DNA of 32,000 bases from Polynucleobacter necessarius (GCF_900095195.1 NZ_LT606950.1:1383878-1415877), one strand, 5' to 3'; shown: positions 1 to 8,890, counted from the stretch's first letter. Made by a program: numbers and translations. The notes: generated by a model from the letters alone, not told the origin.

Positions 1-283
1 CTGGGCCCGTAGGCAAAGCACTTTCTGCTTGCTGAATTTCAGTTATGGCACGTAATGGATTAGACGCTCCATAACAACCGGGCCAATCTGGACAACCTAA
101 ACCGGAGTCTGTTAAACGCGTAAAGGCACCAAACACAATTAAATCAAAGGTCATAAACACCAAGACCCAATTGAGTTTTTGAAAGAAGTTGTAACCTGGT
201 CTAGTCCAAAGATACAGCAATGGCAAACCCGCAAAAAGGATTGCAATCGCTGCAAGTTCTAGAAATAAAACTAAATTGGGCAT
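1..283 (-). CDS. ctaA: Heme A synthase (COX15/CtaA), N-terminal part; the gene runs off the left edge of the window
   Basis: Hand translation of the minus strand from ATG 283..281 gives MPNLVLFLELAAIAILFAGLPLLYLWTRPGYNFFQKLNWVLVFMTFDLIVFGAFTRLTDSGLGCPDWPGCYGASNPL... The RLTDSGLGCPDWPGCYG stretch is the COX15/CtaA signature. The start overlaps the stop of the upstream ORF as TAATG. The position matches the Burkholderiales cox biogenesis cluster. Confidence 0.8.
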   Translation of the reverse strand, partial: MPNLVLFLELAAIAILFAGLPLLYLWTRPGYNFFQKLNWVLVFMTFDLIVFGAFTRLTDSGLGCPDWPGCYGASNPLRAITEIQQAESALPTGP

Positions 284-942
284 TACAAATTCTCGCCCTT
301 GTGATTCAGTTTCAAGAGCTTCTCTACATCTTTCTTTAGGCTTGAAAACTCTTTGGGTGAATTCGTCACGGGAAACACCATCATTTTTGCTGGACTGGGA
401 TCAACTAGCTGAATATCGTTACCAGCACCCTCTTTATTCAGCCAAGCATCAAATTCCACTTTTAACTTCGGGTCTGTAGGTGGTGCAACAATTATTAAGC
501 CCGCAGCCTGCTCATCATATGCCTTCAAAACCTCTGGATCCGCTGATTTACCGTCCGTGTTCACCCATACCAACTGAACACGCTTACTTTCCCTGCCCAT
601 TGCAACTCGGGTTTGACGCATTAGGAATAAAGCTTCAATGCATTTTTCGTCTTTGATCGAACACTCACCGGCTGGACGGGCCACAAGTAAAGTCCACTTA
701 CCTTGCAATGGCACACTCAACCAAGCATTGTTAAATTCTTGAGCGGGATAAACCAATGTGCCAAAGCTCGTCTTACCGCCTTCAGGCTTGATCATATAGT
801 AGGTAAAGTAAGAAGCAATCACAGGGCTCGCACAAACCAACAAAAGCAATAGCATTTGGATTCGGCCGCGCCGAGTTCGTGCATTGATTGCTGAGGAATC
901 TGCTTGAGAAGCCGGAATTAATAACTCTTTATCAGGATGCAC
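283..942 (-). CDS. Conserved membrane-anchored protein of the cytochrome oxidase biogenesis cluster; function unknown
   Basis: 219-aa ORF with a GTG start. It has a basic stretch (RTRRGR) followed by one hydrophobic helix (MLLLLLVCASPVIASYF) and then a soluble domain. It lies between SURF1 and ctaA, where Burkholderiales carry a conserved hypothetical, and overlaps the SURF1 stop. Confidence 0.6.
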   Translation of the reverse strand: MHPDKELLIPASQADSSAINARTRRGRIQMLLLLLVCASPVIASYFTYYMIKPEGGKTSFGTLVYPAQEFNNAWLSVPLQGKWTLLVARPAGECSIKDEKCIEALFLMRQTRVAMGRESKRVQLVWVNTDGKSADPEVLKAYDEQAAGLIIVAPPTDPKLKVEFDAWLNKEGAGNDIQLVDPSPAKMMVFPVTNSPKEFSSLKKDVEKLLKLNHKGENL

Positions 943-1733
943 GAGACCTCATTAACAGCGCCTCGACGCCAATATTGCCGAACACCTGTAGTCAACCAAA
1001 ATATAAATCCACAAAAGGCCAAAGCAAACCACTGAAAAGCATAAGCATAATGGCGATCGACTCCAGTAGTCAGAGGAGACCATGCTCTTAAAAGACCATC
1101 TTCAACACCAGCATCTTCCTCTCGGAGGATAAATGGGGTCTGATTCCAGCCTCGCAGACGACCCTCTATCTCTAATTGAAAATTTTGCTCAATTCTTGGC
1201 TTAGTTAAATCGCCAGACGGCTTGCCATCGCCCAACTCATAAACCCTACCAGGATTCGAGAAAACAATGCCCTCAACATTAACAACACCTGAGGGCGTTT
1301 TCACGGGAGGTAAGGCTTCACGATTGCCATTGTTTCTGGGCGCCCAGCCGCGATTTACCCAAAGAATCTCGTCACGATGCTCCAAACGCAGGGGCACCAT
1401 CAAATAAAAACCGGATTGCGAAGTGTTAACTCCGCCAACCAAAATCGGCTTTGGCCTATTGTCCAACCAAATTGCAGCCTCGGAAATGTACTGGCCCCGA
1501 GCGATCATGCGGCGCTGAGTAGCCTCCTCAAGAGTCCAAATCTGCGCATTGGCATTCAAGATAGGCATTTGCTGTCTGGCCACTAAATTGGCTGCCTGAG
1601 TAATTTTCGTGTTTGCTCTATTTAACTGCCAAATACCTGCAGCACACTCAAGCGCAATCACTGCCAAGGCTGATACAGTAGCTACTATGCGCTTTTTTAT
1701 TAAGGCGCTAAAAAGACTATTCAAAGGTTTCAA
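918..1733 (-). CDS. SURF1 family cytochrome oxidase assembly protein
   Basis: 271-aa ORF with a TTG start in the track and N- and C-terminal TM helices. It carries SURF1-like motifs (ILWVNRGW, YAYAFQWFALAF) and sits in the cox cluster. Confidence 0.8.
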   Translation of the reverse strand: MKPLNSLFSALIKKRIVATVSALAVIALECAAGIWQLNRANTKITQAANLVARQQMPILNANAQIWTLEEATQRRMIARGQYISEAAIWLDNRPKPILVGGVNTSQSGFYLMVPLRLEHRDEILWVNRGWAPRNNGNREALPPVKTPSGVVNVEGIVFSNPGRVYELGDGKPSGDLTKPRIEQNFQLEIEGRLRGWNQTPFILREEDAGVEDGLLRAWSPLTTGVDRHYAYAFQWFALAFCGFIFWLTTGVRQYWRRGAVNEVSCILIKSY

Positions 1734-1744
1734 GATAAGGAATT

Positions 1745-1960
1745 ATGATGAAGCGGATCATCCCCATTGTCCTACTAATGATCGTTGCTAGCTTGGGCTC
1801 AGCACTGTATTACATGATGAAGGACAGAGGTAACAGCGCCAGAATGGTTCACTCCCTCATGTTGCGCATTGGCCTATCGGTTTTGCTATTTCTAGGAATC
1901 CTTCTGGCGCATTATTTTGGCTTAATCGAAGCCACCGGCATCAAGGTGGGCACAAACTAA
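1745..1960 (+). CDS. Twin transmembrane helix small protein (DUF2909-like)
   Basis: 71-aa ORF with two hydrophobic helices. It is divergent from SURF1 and convergent with ctaE, the usual location of this small protein in betaproteobacterial cox clusters. Confidence 0.7.
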   Translation: MMKRIIPIVLLMIVASLGSALYYMMKDRGNSARMVHSLMLRIGLSVLLFLGILLAHYFGLIEATGIKVGTN

Positions 1961-1990
1961 TCTTTTAACCTAGTCGGCACTACCAGAAAC

Positions 1991-2018
1991 AAATCGGGGC
2001 ATTAAGCCCCGATTTTTT
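1991..2018. terminator. Bidirectional intrinsic terminator between convergent genes
   Basis: A 10-bp perfect stem, aaatcggggc (1991-2000) with gccccgattt (2006-2015), and loop attaa. A T-run follows on the plus strand and an A-run precedes it, which gives a U-rich tail on the minus strand. It lies between the stop at 1960 (+) and the stop at 2026 (-). Confidence 0.55.
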
Positions 2019-2025
2019 ATTCTCA

Positions 2026-2880
2026 TTACATCCAATAAACCGCGATATATAAACCCAGCCAAACTACGTCTACAAAGTGCCAATACCAAGCGGCACCCTC
2101 AAAAGCAAAGTGGTGGTTAGCGGTAAAGTCGCCGCGAATCATACGACGCAAAACAATCGCCAGCATGGTGCCGCCAAGGAATACGTGGAAGCCGTGGAAG
2201 CCGGTCAACATGAAAAAAGTGGAGCCGTAGATACCTGAAGTCAGCTTCAAGTTCAATTCATAATATGCATGGTAGTACTCATACACCTGAAAGCCCAAAA
2301 AGATCGCACCCAACAGGACTGTTGCGGCCAAGAAATTAATGGCTTTCTTGATGTGGTTTTCTACTAAAACATGGTGTGCAATAGTGATGGTCACACCAGA
2401 ACTTAACAACAATAAAGTGTTAACTGTTGGAATTGGCCATGGACCCATAGTGGTGAATTTCTCGACCAATCCAGCAGGACCATCATTTGGCCAAACCGCC
2501 TGGAAATTAGGCCAAATTAATTTACTTTCAACTTCACCTATCCAAGGCATTGCGATATTACGTGCATAGAACAACGCAGCAAAAAGCGCGCCAAAGAACA
2601 TGATTTCAGAGAAGATGAACCATGCCATCGACCAACGATAGGAGATGTCAACGTTAACGCCATTCTTACCAGTATTGGACTCATTAATCGTATCGCCAAA
2701 CCAGTTGTACAGAACGTAGAGAATGAATGCAACTCCCGCCAAGGTTAGTGGTCCTCCCCAAGAAGCATGATTCACCCATCCAGAAATGCCAAAGCCAAAG
2801 CCAATCAGGCCAATAGCAGCCATGACCGGGTGTCTAGACAGTCCAGGGACAAAATAGTGTGGGGTTGAATTAGATGACAT
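2026..2880 (-). CDS. ctaE: Cytochrome c oxidase subunit III
   Basis: Multi-TM ORF with typical subunit III sequence (FFMLTGFHGFHVFLG, HHFAFEGAAWYWHFVDVVWL). The track start at 2898 is TTG. I prefer ATG 2880 (MSSNSTPHYF), which is preceded by agagag. Confidence 0.92.
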   Translation of the reverse strand: MSSNSTPHYFVPGLSRHPVMAAIGLIGFGFGISGWVNHASWGGPLTLAGVAFILYVLYNWFGDTINESNTGKNGVNVDISYRWSMAWFIFSEIMFFGALFAALFYARNIAMPWIGEVESKLIWPNFQAVWPNDGPAGLVEKFTTMGPWPIPTVNTLLLLSSGVTITIAHHVLVENHIKKAINFLAATVLLGAIFLGFQVYEYYHAYYELNLKLTSGIYGSTFFMLTGFHGFHVFLGGTMLAIVLRRMIRGDFTANHHFAFEGAAWYWHFVDVVWLGLYIAVYWM

Positions 2881-2909
2881 CGTATTCTCTCTGTTCAATC
2901 AAAAAATAA

Positions 2910-3104
2910 TCAATGGGATACAACTGCTTTCACGATCAACAGCAGGACGGCCATAAAAATCAAGGCTCCAACCACTCCCGCAATGATAATGTGCACAAAA
3001 CTTAATGACGCTACATCTTCCTGCAAACCTGCCTGCTTACGCACTCCCAAAAAACCCCATAGAACGGCTTTCATAGACTGCATAAACGTACTTTTTTTCT
3101 TCAT
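2910..3104 (-). CDS. DUF2970 small membrane protein
   Basis: 64-aa ORF with the WGFLGVRKQ motif followed by one TM helix. It has an ATGA overlap with the ctaG stop. Conserved position between ctaG and ctaE. Confidence 0.7.
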   Translation of the reverse strand: MKKKSTFMQSMKAVLWGFLGVRKQAGLQEDVASLSFVHIIIAGVVGALIFMAVLLLIVKAVVSH

Positions 3105-3685
3105 GATGCCAGCCTTGGCTTAGGTGCTGGTGGCGTACCGCCCAGGCCCAACTCAAAAAAGGTGTAGGACAGGGTGATGGTTTTCACATCATCCGGCAAT
3201 CCAGCATCAATCACAAAAAGGACTGGCATCTTCTTTGTTTCTTTTGCTGCTAATGTTTGCTCTTGGAAACAAAAGCACTCTAATTTAGTAAAAAACTCTG
3301 TCGCACTTTTAGGCGCATAACTTGGGATCGCTTGAGCTCTAATAGGGCGATTCTGATTATTGGTTACTTCATAAACAATCTCAGTCATTTCTCCGGGATG
3401 CACTTCCAAAAAATTTTTTACTGGCTTAGAAGTAAATGGGCCTCGGCTATTTGAATCAAACTCAATGGTGACGGTACGAGCATAGTTAACTTGAGTATTG
3501 CCAACTTTGTTAGGACTAAATGCTCTGATTCCATAATCATTCTTATTGGTGACAACATTAATACCAGTCACTTCGCAAAGGGCTTTGTACATGGGGACTA
3601 ATGCATATCCAAAGCCAAACATCATCACTGCCGCAATTAAGAGCTTGATCAGAATTTGACGATTCAGTGACTGTGTAGCAACCAT
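3101..3685 (-). CDS. ctaG: Cytochrome c oxidase assembly protein CtaG/Cox11
   Basis: 194-aa ORF with an N-terminal TM anchor and the Cox11 copper-binding CFCF motif (KLECFCFQEQTL). Confidence 0.9.
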   Translation of the reverse strand: MVATQSLNRQILIKLLIAAVMMFGFGYALVPMYKALCEVTGINVVTNKNDYGIRAFSPNKVGNTQVNYARTVTIEFDSNSRGPFTSKPVKNFLEVHPGEMTEIVYEVTNNQNRPIRAQAIPSYAPKSATEFFTKLECFCFQEQTLAAKETKKMPVLFVIDAGLPDDVKTITLSYTFFELGLGGTPPAPKPRLAS

Positions 3686-3699
3686 TGCAATCTCAGGTG

Positions 3700-3774
3700 T
3701 TAGCCCAATAAGCTCCGTTTAATCACAATACCAATAAAGAAAGTCAGCACAATACTCAGCAAAACAAACCCCAT
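3700..3774 (-). CDS. Possible cytochrome oxidase small assembly protein (24-aa single-helix peptide)
   Basis: Hand translation gives ATG 3774..3772 to TAA 3702..3700: MGFVLLSIVLTFFIGIVIKRSLLG. Betaproteobacteria carry a tiny TM protein between ctaD and ctaG. The frame is open upstream to a TAA (VNKPHPAIVRR) but has no canonical start there. The ATG lies inside the hairpin at 3762-3805. Too short to be sure. Confidence 0.35.
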   Translation of the reverse strand: MGFVLLSIVLTFFIGIVIKRSLLG

Positions 3775-3805
3775 CCTGCGAACAATCGCAGGATGGGGTT
3801 TGTTT
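3762..3805 (-). terminator. Perfect 19-bp inverted repeat (terminator- or attenuator-like hairpin) between ctaD and ctaG
   Basis: Arms at 3762-3780 (aaacaaaccccatcctgcg) and 3787-3805 (cgcaggatggggtttgttt) are exact reverse complements, with loop aacaat. In the mRNA sense a GC-rich core stem is followed by UUUGUUUUG. Confidence 0.45.
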
Positions 3806-3815
3806 ACTTAAAGCA

Positions 3816-5423
3816 TTAGATCCCTGCTTCACGCATTTGCTCAGCGTTAGGTGGAGTCTCAAAAGTATGGTGGGGCGCTGGAGAAGATACAGTCCACTCT
3901 AAGCCTTTTGCGCCATCCCATGGCTTCATCGTCGCTTTTTCACCTTGGCCACGAGAGGCGGGCAATACAACGAAGAGCAAAAAGTAGACCTGAGCCAAAC
4001 CAAAACCCAAGGCGCCGATTGAAGCAATCATGTTGAAGTCAGCAAACTGAGTTGGGTAGTCAGCATAACGACGTGGCATACCAGCTAAGCCCAAGAAATG
4101 CATTGGAAAGAAAGTGATATTAAAGAAAATCATGGAAGCCCAGAAGTGGATCTTGCCGCGAGTCTCGCTAGCCATATATCCAGTCCATTTTGGACACCAG
4201 TAGTAGAAACCGGCAAACATGGCGAACAATGAGCCCGCAACCAATACATAGTGGAAGTGAGCCACTACGTAATACGTGTCTTGAATACCAATATCAATCG
4301 GTGCCATTGCGCAAATCAAGCCTGTAAAGCCACCCATTGTGAACACGAAGATAAATCCGATTGACCACAACATCGGGGTTTCAAAAGTCATTGACCCTTT
4401 CCACATCGTTGCAACCCAGTTGAAAATCTTCACACCAGTTGGAACAGCAATCAACATCGTTGCATACATGAAGAACAATTGGCCAGTAACTGGCATACCT
4501 GTTGCAAACATGTGGTGAGCCCAAACGATGAATGACAAGATCGCGATCGATGCGGTCGCATACACCATCGAGCTGTAGCCAAACAATGTTTTTCTGGAGA
4601 ACGCTGGCACGATTTCACTAATGATTCCGAATGCAGGAAGAATCATGATGTAAACCTCTGGGTGCCCAAAGAACCAGAAAATGTGCTGGAACATAATTGG
4701 GTCACCACCACCAACGGCTGAGAAGAAAGAGGTGCCAAAATGACGGTCAGTCAAGACCATCGTAATGGCGCCTGCCAATACCGGCATCACAGCAATCAAC
4801 AAATAGGCAGTAATCAACCAAGTCCAACAGAACATTGGCATCTTCATCAATGTCATGCCAGGAGCACGCATATTCAAAATGGTGACGATGATGTTGATCG
4901 ACCCCATAATGGAGGAGGCACCTAGTAAGTGGAGCGAGAAAATCGCCATGTCCATGCCAGGACCCATTTGGGAGGTCAACGGTGCATAGATAGTCCAACC
5001 GCCCGCAGGAGCGCCGCCAAGAACTAAGAAGGAGCTCAATAACAAGGTTGCAGCCACTGGAAGAATCCAGAAGCTAAAGTTATTCATACGCGCAAACGCC
5101 ATATCGGATGCGCCAATTTGCAACGGCACCATCCAGTTTGCGAAACCAACGAAAGCCGGCATGATCGCACCGAACACCATCACGAGACCGTGCATCGTGG
5201 TTAGCTGATTGAAAAACTCTGGACGCAAGAATTGCAAACCAGGCTGGAACAATTCCAAACGAATTCCCAAAGCCATCACACCGCCAGCCAACAAACTGAC
5301 AAACGAGAAGATCAAATACATTGTTCCAATATCTTTGTGATTGGTTGCAAACAACCAACGACGCCAACCATGTGGCGTGTGATCATCGTGTGCGTGATCG
5401 TGGGTAGTAGAGACTGTGCTCAT
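3816..5423 (-). CDS. ctaD: Cytochrome c oxidase subunit I
   Basis: 535-aa ORF with 12 or more TM segments and heme-copper oxidase signatures (WFFGHPEVYILILP-type WFFGHPEVYIMILPAFG; HHMF; VAHFHYVL). Confidence 0.97.
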   Translation of the reverse strand: MSTVSTTHDHAHDDHTPHGWRRWLFATNHKDIGTMYLIFSFVSLLAGGVMALGIRLELFQPGLQFLRPEFFNQLTTMHGLVMVFGAIMPAFVGFANWMVPLQIGASDMAFARMNNFSFWILPVAATLLLSSFLVLGGAPAGGWTIYAPLTSQMGPGMDMAIFSLHLLGASSIMGSINIIVTILNMRAPGMTLMKMPMFCWTWLITAYLLIAVMPVLAGAITMVLTDRHFGTSFFSAVGGGDPIMFQHIFWFFGHPEVYIMILPAFGIISEIVPAFSRKTLFGYSSMVYATASIAILSFIVWAHHMFATGMPVTGQLFFMYATMLIAVPTGVKIFNWVATMWKGSMTFETPMLWSIGFIFVFTMGGFTGLICAMAPIDIGIQDTYYVVAHFHYVLVAGSLFAMFAGFYYWCPKWTGYMASETRGKIHFWASMIFFNITFFPMHFLGLAGMPRRYADYPTQFADFNMIASIGALGFGLAQVYFLLFVVLPASRGQGEKATMKPWDGAKGLEWTVSSPAPHHTFETPPNAEQMREAGI

Positions 5424-5465
5424 AAATTACTCCGGTTTTGTTTTATCTGTATTCGTTAATCTAAA

Positions 5466-6620
5466 TTAATTGCCACGTGCAGCAATAATGTCCTGGGTCT
5501 GAATCACTTCGCCCGTTTTATTACCCCATGCATTACGTGTGAAAGTCATTACTGCAGCAATATCGCCATCAGAAATCACGCCAGCCCATTTCGGCATTGC
5601 GCCCTTACCGTTAATCAGGATGCTGTATTGACCAGCTTTAGGACCTAATACCACATTACTACCATCCAGCGCTGGGAATGCGCCCGCGCCTTTGCCATTT
5701 GACTGATGGCAAGCTGCACAGTTTGCTGCATATACTTTTGCACCGCGCTCTTTTTGCTCATCCAATGAGTAAACCTTAGGTGGATCATCGCCACCAGCGC
5801 CCATCTCTTTTTTCTTCTGAGCAACCCATGCGGTGTAGTCATCTTGCGAAACGACCTTAACCACGATTGGCATAAAAGCGTGCTCTGCGCCACAAAGCTC
5901 TGAACACTGACCGCGGGATGTGCCGATGGTTTCAGCTCTGAACCAGGTGTCGCGCACAAAACCCGGAATCGCATCTTGTTTTACGCCGAATGCTGGAATC
6001 GTCCACGCGTGGATTACGTCATTTGCAGTGGTAATCAAACGAATTTTCTTGCCAACTGGCACAACCATTTCGTTGTCCACTTCCATCAAGTAGGTATTTG
6101 ACTTAGGGGCGAGGTTGTTAATGGTTTCTCGTGAAGTAGACAAAGTAGACAAAAAGCTTATGCCTTCGCCCTCACCTTTAATGTAGTCGTAACCCCACTT
6201 CCACTGATAGCCAGTGGTCTTAATTGTGATGTCAGAATTTGTGGTGTCTTTCATAGCAACAACGGTTTTTGTTGCTGGTAATGCCATACCGATCACGATG
6301 AGCAGCGGAATTACTGTCCAAATGATTTCAACCGTAGTGCTCTCATGAAAAGATGCTGACTTATGACCTAAAGATTTGCGATGTTTCAGGATCGAATAAA
6401 ACATGACGCCGAATACACCGATGAAAATAAGCGCACAGATCGCCAACATCATCCAATGCAACCAATGAATTTCTTGCATGATTTTGGTGGCAGGGGTCGG
6501 GAAATTAAGCTGGTTTACGGCTGGGCCGCCAGGCATGTTTTCAACTGCGTAAGCAAAAGCAGTGCCGAATGCTGCTACAAAAAAGAGCGTTGCCCTAGCG
6601 AACTTTCCAAATAAATTCAT
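5466..6620 (-). CDS. ctaC: Cytochrome c oxidase subunit II with a fused C-terminal c-type cytochrome domain
   Basis: CuA site CSELCGAEHAFM, plus a C-terminal heme-c motif CAACH with a downstream Met (GAMPKW). The track start at 6656 is TTG. I prefer ATG 6620, which gives the signal-like N-terminus MNLFGKFARATLFFVAAFGTAFAYA. Confidence 0.95.
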   Translation of the reverse strand: MNLFGKFARATLFFVAAFGTAFAYAVENMPGGPAVNQLNFPTPATKIMQEIHWLHWMMLAICALIFIGVFGVMFYSILKHRKSLGHKSASFHESTTVEIIWTVIPLLIVIGMALPATKTVVAMKDTTNSDITIKTTGYQWKWGYDYIKGEGEGISFLSTLSTSRETINNLAPKSNTYLMEVDNEMVVPVGKKIRLITTANDVIHAWTIPAFGVKQDAIPGFVRDTWFRAETIGTSRGQCSELCGAEHAFMPIVVKVVSQDDYTAWVAQKKKEMGAGGDDPPKVYSLDEQKERGAKVYAANCAACHQSNGKGAGAFPALDGSNVVLGPKAGQYSILINGKGAMPKWAGVISDGDIAAVMTFTRNAWGNKTGEVIQTQDIIAARGN

Positions 6621-6709
6621 CTTATTCTCTGTTGATTGTCGTGAGCACAGCAGCAAAAAACGCTACAAAATGCCCAAAATGCAGTCTCAAGTCAATACTT
6701 CCAGCCGTG

Positions 6710-6738
6710 ATTATAGGGTTAATTAAGTTCGACAACAA
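6710..6738 (-). promoter_or_regulatory. Candidate sigma70 promoter for the cox operon
   Basis: The minus strand reads TTGTTG (6738-6733), a 17-nt spacer, then TATAAT (6715-6710), about 90 nt upstream of the ctaC ATG. Pattern match only. Confidence 0.35.
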
Positions 6739-6812
6739 ACAGGGATAACCCACCTCCAGCCAATCTTGGTCAAGGTTTAAATGATAGTAAGCACTTACAC
6801 TTAAGCAGAATA

Positions 6813-7601
6813 TTACCTAGTCTTGCGGCCAATTTGATTTAGATCGATATAAGCAATGTTGTCTTGGGCTTTTGCAAGGTTCTTACCAATGGCCCAGGCA
6901 TGCCCGTAAACCACCTCTAGGGTAATTTTTTGCGGCAAAACTGCATTTTCTGCCCCCTTCATCGATGATGGGGGGGTCAGTTTTAGAGCCTCGAGATCGG
7001 TCAACAAAAGCTCTGGCTTTTCGTAATCTAACGTGAGGTACTCCATGTCCATGACAGGGCCTGAAAACCGCTCACCCATTAGTGCATCACCCATGTCGTG
7101 CATATCCCAAGAACTTACTAGGTTTTTCAACTGAAATGAAGCGTCTTGCAAAGGTCGCAATTCTTTTCCAGTATCAGGACCTAAATAACTAAACACAATC
7201 AGCCCGCCCTCACGCAATACGCGGCGACACTCTTGTAGAAAGAGTTTTGGATCTGCTAAATCTTGTAATAAAAGATCGCTAAATACCAAATCCACAGAAT
7301 TGTCGGGAAGGTTTATTTTTCCCGATGAACGATAAGCGGCAAGAGGGCCCGCTCTACTACAGCGAAATAATGCACGCCAATTCGCCCAAAATTTATTGAG
7401 CCGAATTTGAAAATTTGAAACACCCTCCTCGGCAATGCTGTGAATTATTGCGCGAGGGAAGCGTTTGGCAAACGTAGAAAAATGCTTTCCATGAAAATCT
7501 GGAATGGCCAAAATATCTCTGACATCCAATTTAACGATATCGAGTTTTTGCAGCATGCGGTCTGCGATTTCGTCTTGTAACCATCTGATCGGCTGGGTCA
7601 T
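6813..7601 (-). CDS. Class I methyltransferase-fold protein (BioC-like) with a degenerate SAM-binding loop
   Basis: 262-aa ORF with an ATG start. The later methyltransferase motifs are recognisable (VDLVFSDLLLQDLADP, LREGGLIVFSYLGPDT). Where hhDhGxGxG is expected the sequence reads ILAIPDFHG. Confidence 0.7.
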   Translation of the reverse strand: MTQPIRWLQDEIADRMLQKLDIVKLDVRDILAIPDFHGKHFSTFAKRFPRAIIHSIAEEGVSNFQIRLNKFWANWRALFRCSRAGPLAAYRSSGKINLPDNSVDLVFSDLLLQDLADPKLFLQECRRVLREGGLIVFSYLGPDTGKELRPLQDASFQLKNLVSSWDMHDMGDALMGERFSGPVMDMEYLTLDYEKPELLLTDLEALKLTPPSSMKGAENAVLPQKITLEVVYGHAWAIGKNLAKAQDNIAYIDLNQIGRKTR

Positions 7602-7624
7602 TGGTTCAGTATACTCAGCGCCCC

Positions 7625-8368
7625 ATGCAATTTTTAGAACATATTCTTAAATCGATTGGCTCTCGGGTCCTGCCAAGCGCCTGCATTGCCTGTCAATCCG
7701 TTCAATCAGAATCCATTTGTCAATCCCGTCTTCAAACGCTTGAGACCACGAGTCTCAAGCATTATGAATGCTGCAACCAATGCGGCGTTCCACTTAAACA
7801 AAATGAGGTACATGATCAACAATGCACAAATTGCATAGTGCATTCGCCATTGTTTGATGAGACCCACTGTCTTGATCGATATGATGGAATTTTGCGTGAA
7901 GCATTGCATCAGCTCAAATATCAAAATCGGATTGCCGTCGCGCATGGTCTTGCAAAAGCAAGGAATCATATTCAATGGATGCAAATGAATCGGCATTCCC
8001 CCGCATTTATATTGCCCGTTCCCTTAAGTAATCAAAAGTTACTCAGCAGAGGGTTTAATCAAAGCTGGGAAATTGCGAGAAAAATTCGTTGTCATGATGG
8101 CCTCCAAAAGCTTCCGTATGCTCTAAGACGGCACCACCGCGCAAACGATCAAGCCAAAAAGTTACCACTTGCTCGACAGGATGCTGTTCATGGGCTGTTT
8201 TATATTGACTCTAAATTTCAAGAGCGCTTGATGGGCAAAACTATCATTGTTTTTGATGATGTGATGACAAGCGGTGCCACACTAAATGAAATTGCAAGAA
8301 CCCTAAAAAGTATAGAAGTACTGCGTGTGGTTAATTGGGTATTGCTTAGAACTACCAGACCCGTATGA
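7625..8368 (+). CDS. comF: ComF family protein (phosphoribosyltransferase domain)
   Basis: N-terminal Cys-rich region (CIAC...; CCNQCG...CTNC) and a C-terminal PRPP-binding loop IIVFDDVMTSGATLNE. The track start at 7601 is TTG. I prefer ATG 7625 (MQFLEHIL). Confidence 0.8.
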   Translation: MQFLEHILKSIGSRVLPSACIACQSVQSESICQSRLQTLETTSLKHYECCNQCGVPLKQNEVHDQQCTNCIVHSPLFDETHCLDRYDGILREALHQLKYQNRIAVAHGLAKARNHIQWMQMNRHSPAFILPVPLSNQKLLSRGFNQSWEIARKIRCHDGLQKLPYALRRHHRANDQAKKLPLARQDAVHGLFYIDSKFQERLMGKTIIVFDDVMTSGATLNEIARTLKSIEVLRVVNWVLLRTTRPV

Positions 8369-8405
8369 TTAGCCCTATTATTGATTAACATTTAGAAAAT
8401 GCAAC

Positions 8406-8876
8406 ATGTTTAATATTGTTTTATTCGAACCCGAAATACCGCCTAATACCGGGAATATTATTCGGTTGTGCGCCAATACCGGCGCTAGACTTCATCTGAT
8501 TGAGCCTTTAGGTTTTCCAATGGAGGATGCTAAGTTAAGGCGCGCCGGTCTTGACTATCATGAATTTGCCAGCATCAAAGTTCACGCTAACTGGATGGAA
8601 TTCTTGGCTAATGAACGCCCAGACCCTCAGCACCTTTTTGTACTGACAACAGAGGGCGTCGGAAAATTTCATGAAGGAAGCTACACACTAAATGACTATT
8701 TCATCTTTGGCTCTGAGACAAAAGGAATTACAGATGAAGCACGGAACTCGATTCCCACTCAAAATCAAATGCGGCTTGCCATGCAAGATAGCAGTCGAAG
8801 CCTGAACTTATCGAATACCGTAGCGATTGTGGTGTATGAAGCTTGGCGCCAAAATGGTTTTGCAGGCGGTGAGTGA
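8406..8876 (+). CDS. trmL: tRNA (cytidine/uridine-34 2'-O)-methyltransferase TrmL (SpoU family)
   Basis: 156-aa ORF starting MFNIVLFEPEIPPNTGNIIRLCANTG..LHLIEPLGF, with C-terminal SLNLSNTVAIVVYEAWRQ. This is a typical TrmL/YibK sequence. Confidence 0.9.
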   Translation: MFNIVLFEPEIPPNTGNIIRLCANTGARLHLIEPLGFPMEDAKLRRAGLDYHEFASIKVHANWMEFLANERPDPQHLFVLTTEGVGKFHEGSYTLNDYFIFGSETKGITDEARNSIPTQNQMRLAMQDSSRSLNLSNTVAIVVYEAWRQNGFAGGE

Positions 8877-8890
8877 AACTAAGGGGGTAG

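Noticed and set aside
4740-5459. Several 60-95 aa ORFs on both strands inside ctaD (4740-4925, 4747-4998, 5080-5367, 5232-5459)
   Set aside because: All lie within or antisense to the unambiguous subunit I frame. Their composition is low-complexity or His/Arg-rich, typical of off-frame translation.
5645-5974. 109-aa alternative-frame ORF inside ctaC on the same strand
   Set aside because: It is off-frame relative to the CuA and heme-c motifs that fix the true frame.
7718-7729. The first zinc-ribbon of ComF reads CIAC...ICQSR, where a second CxxC would be expected (CGT instead of TGT)
   Set aside because: ComF N-termini are variable and a second complete CxxC...CxxC pair follows. A single residue difference cannot be called decay without orthologue comparison.
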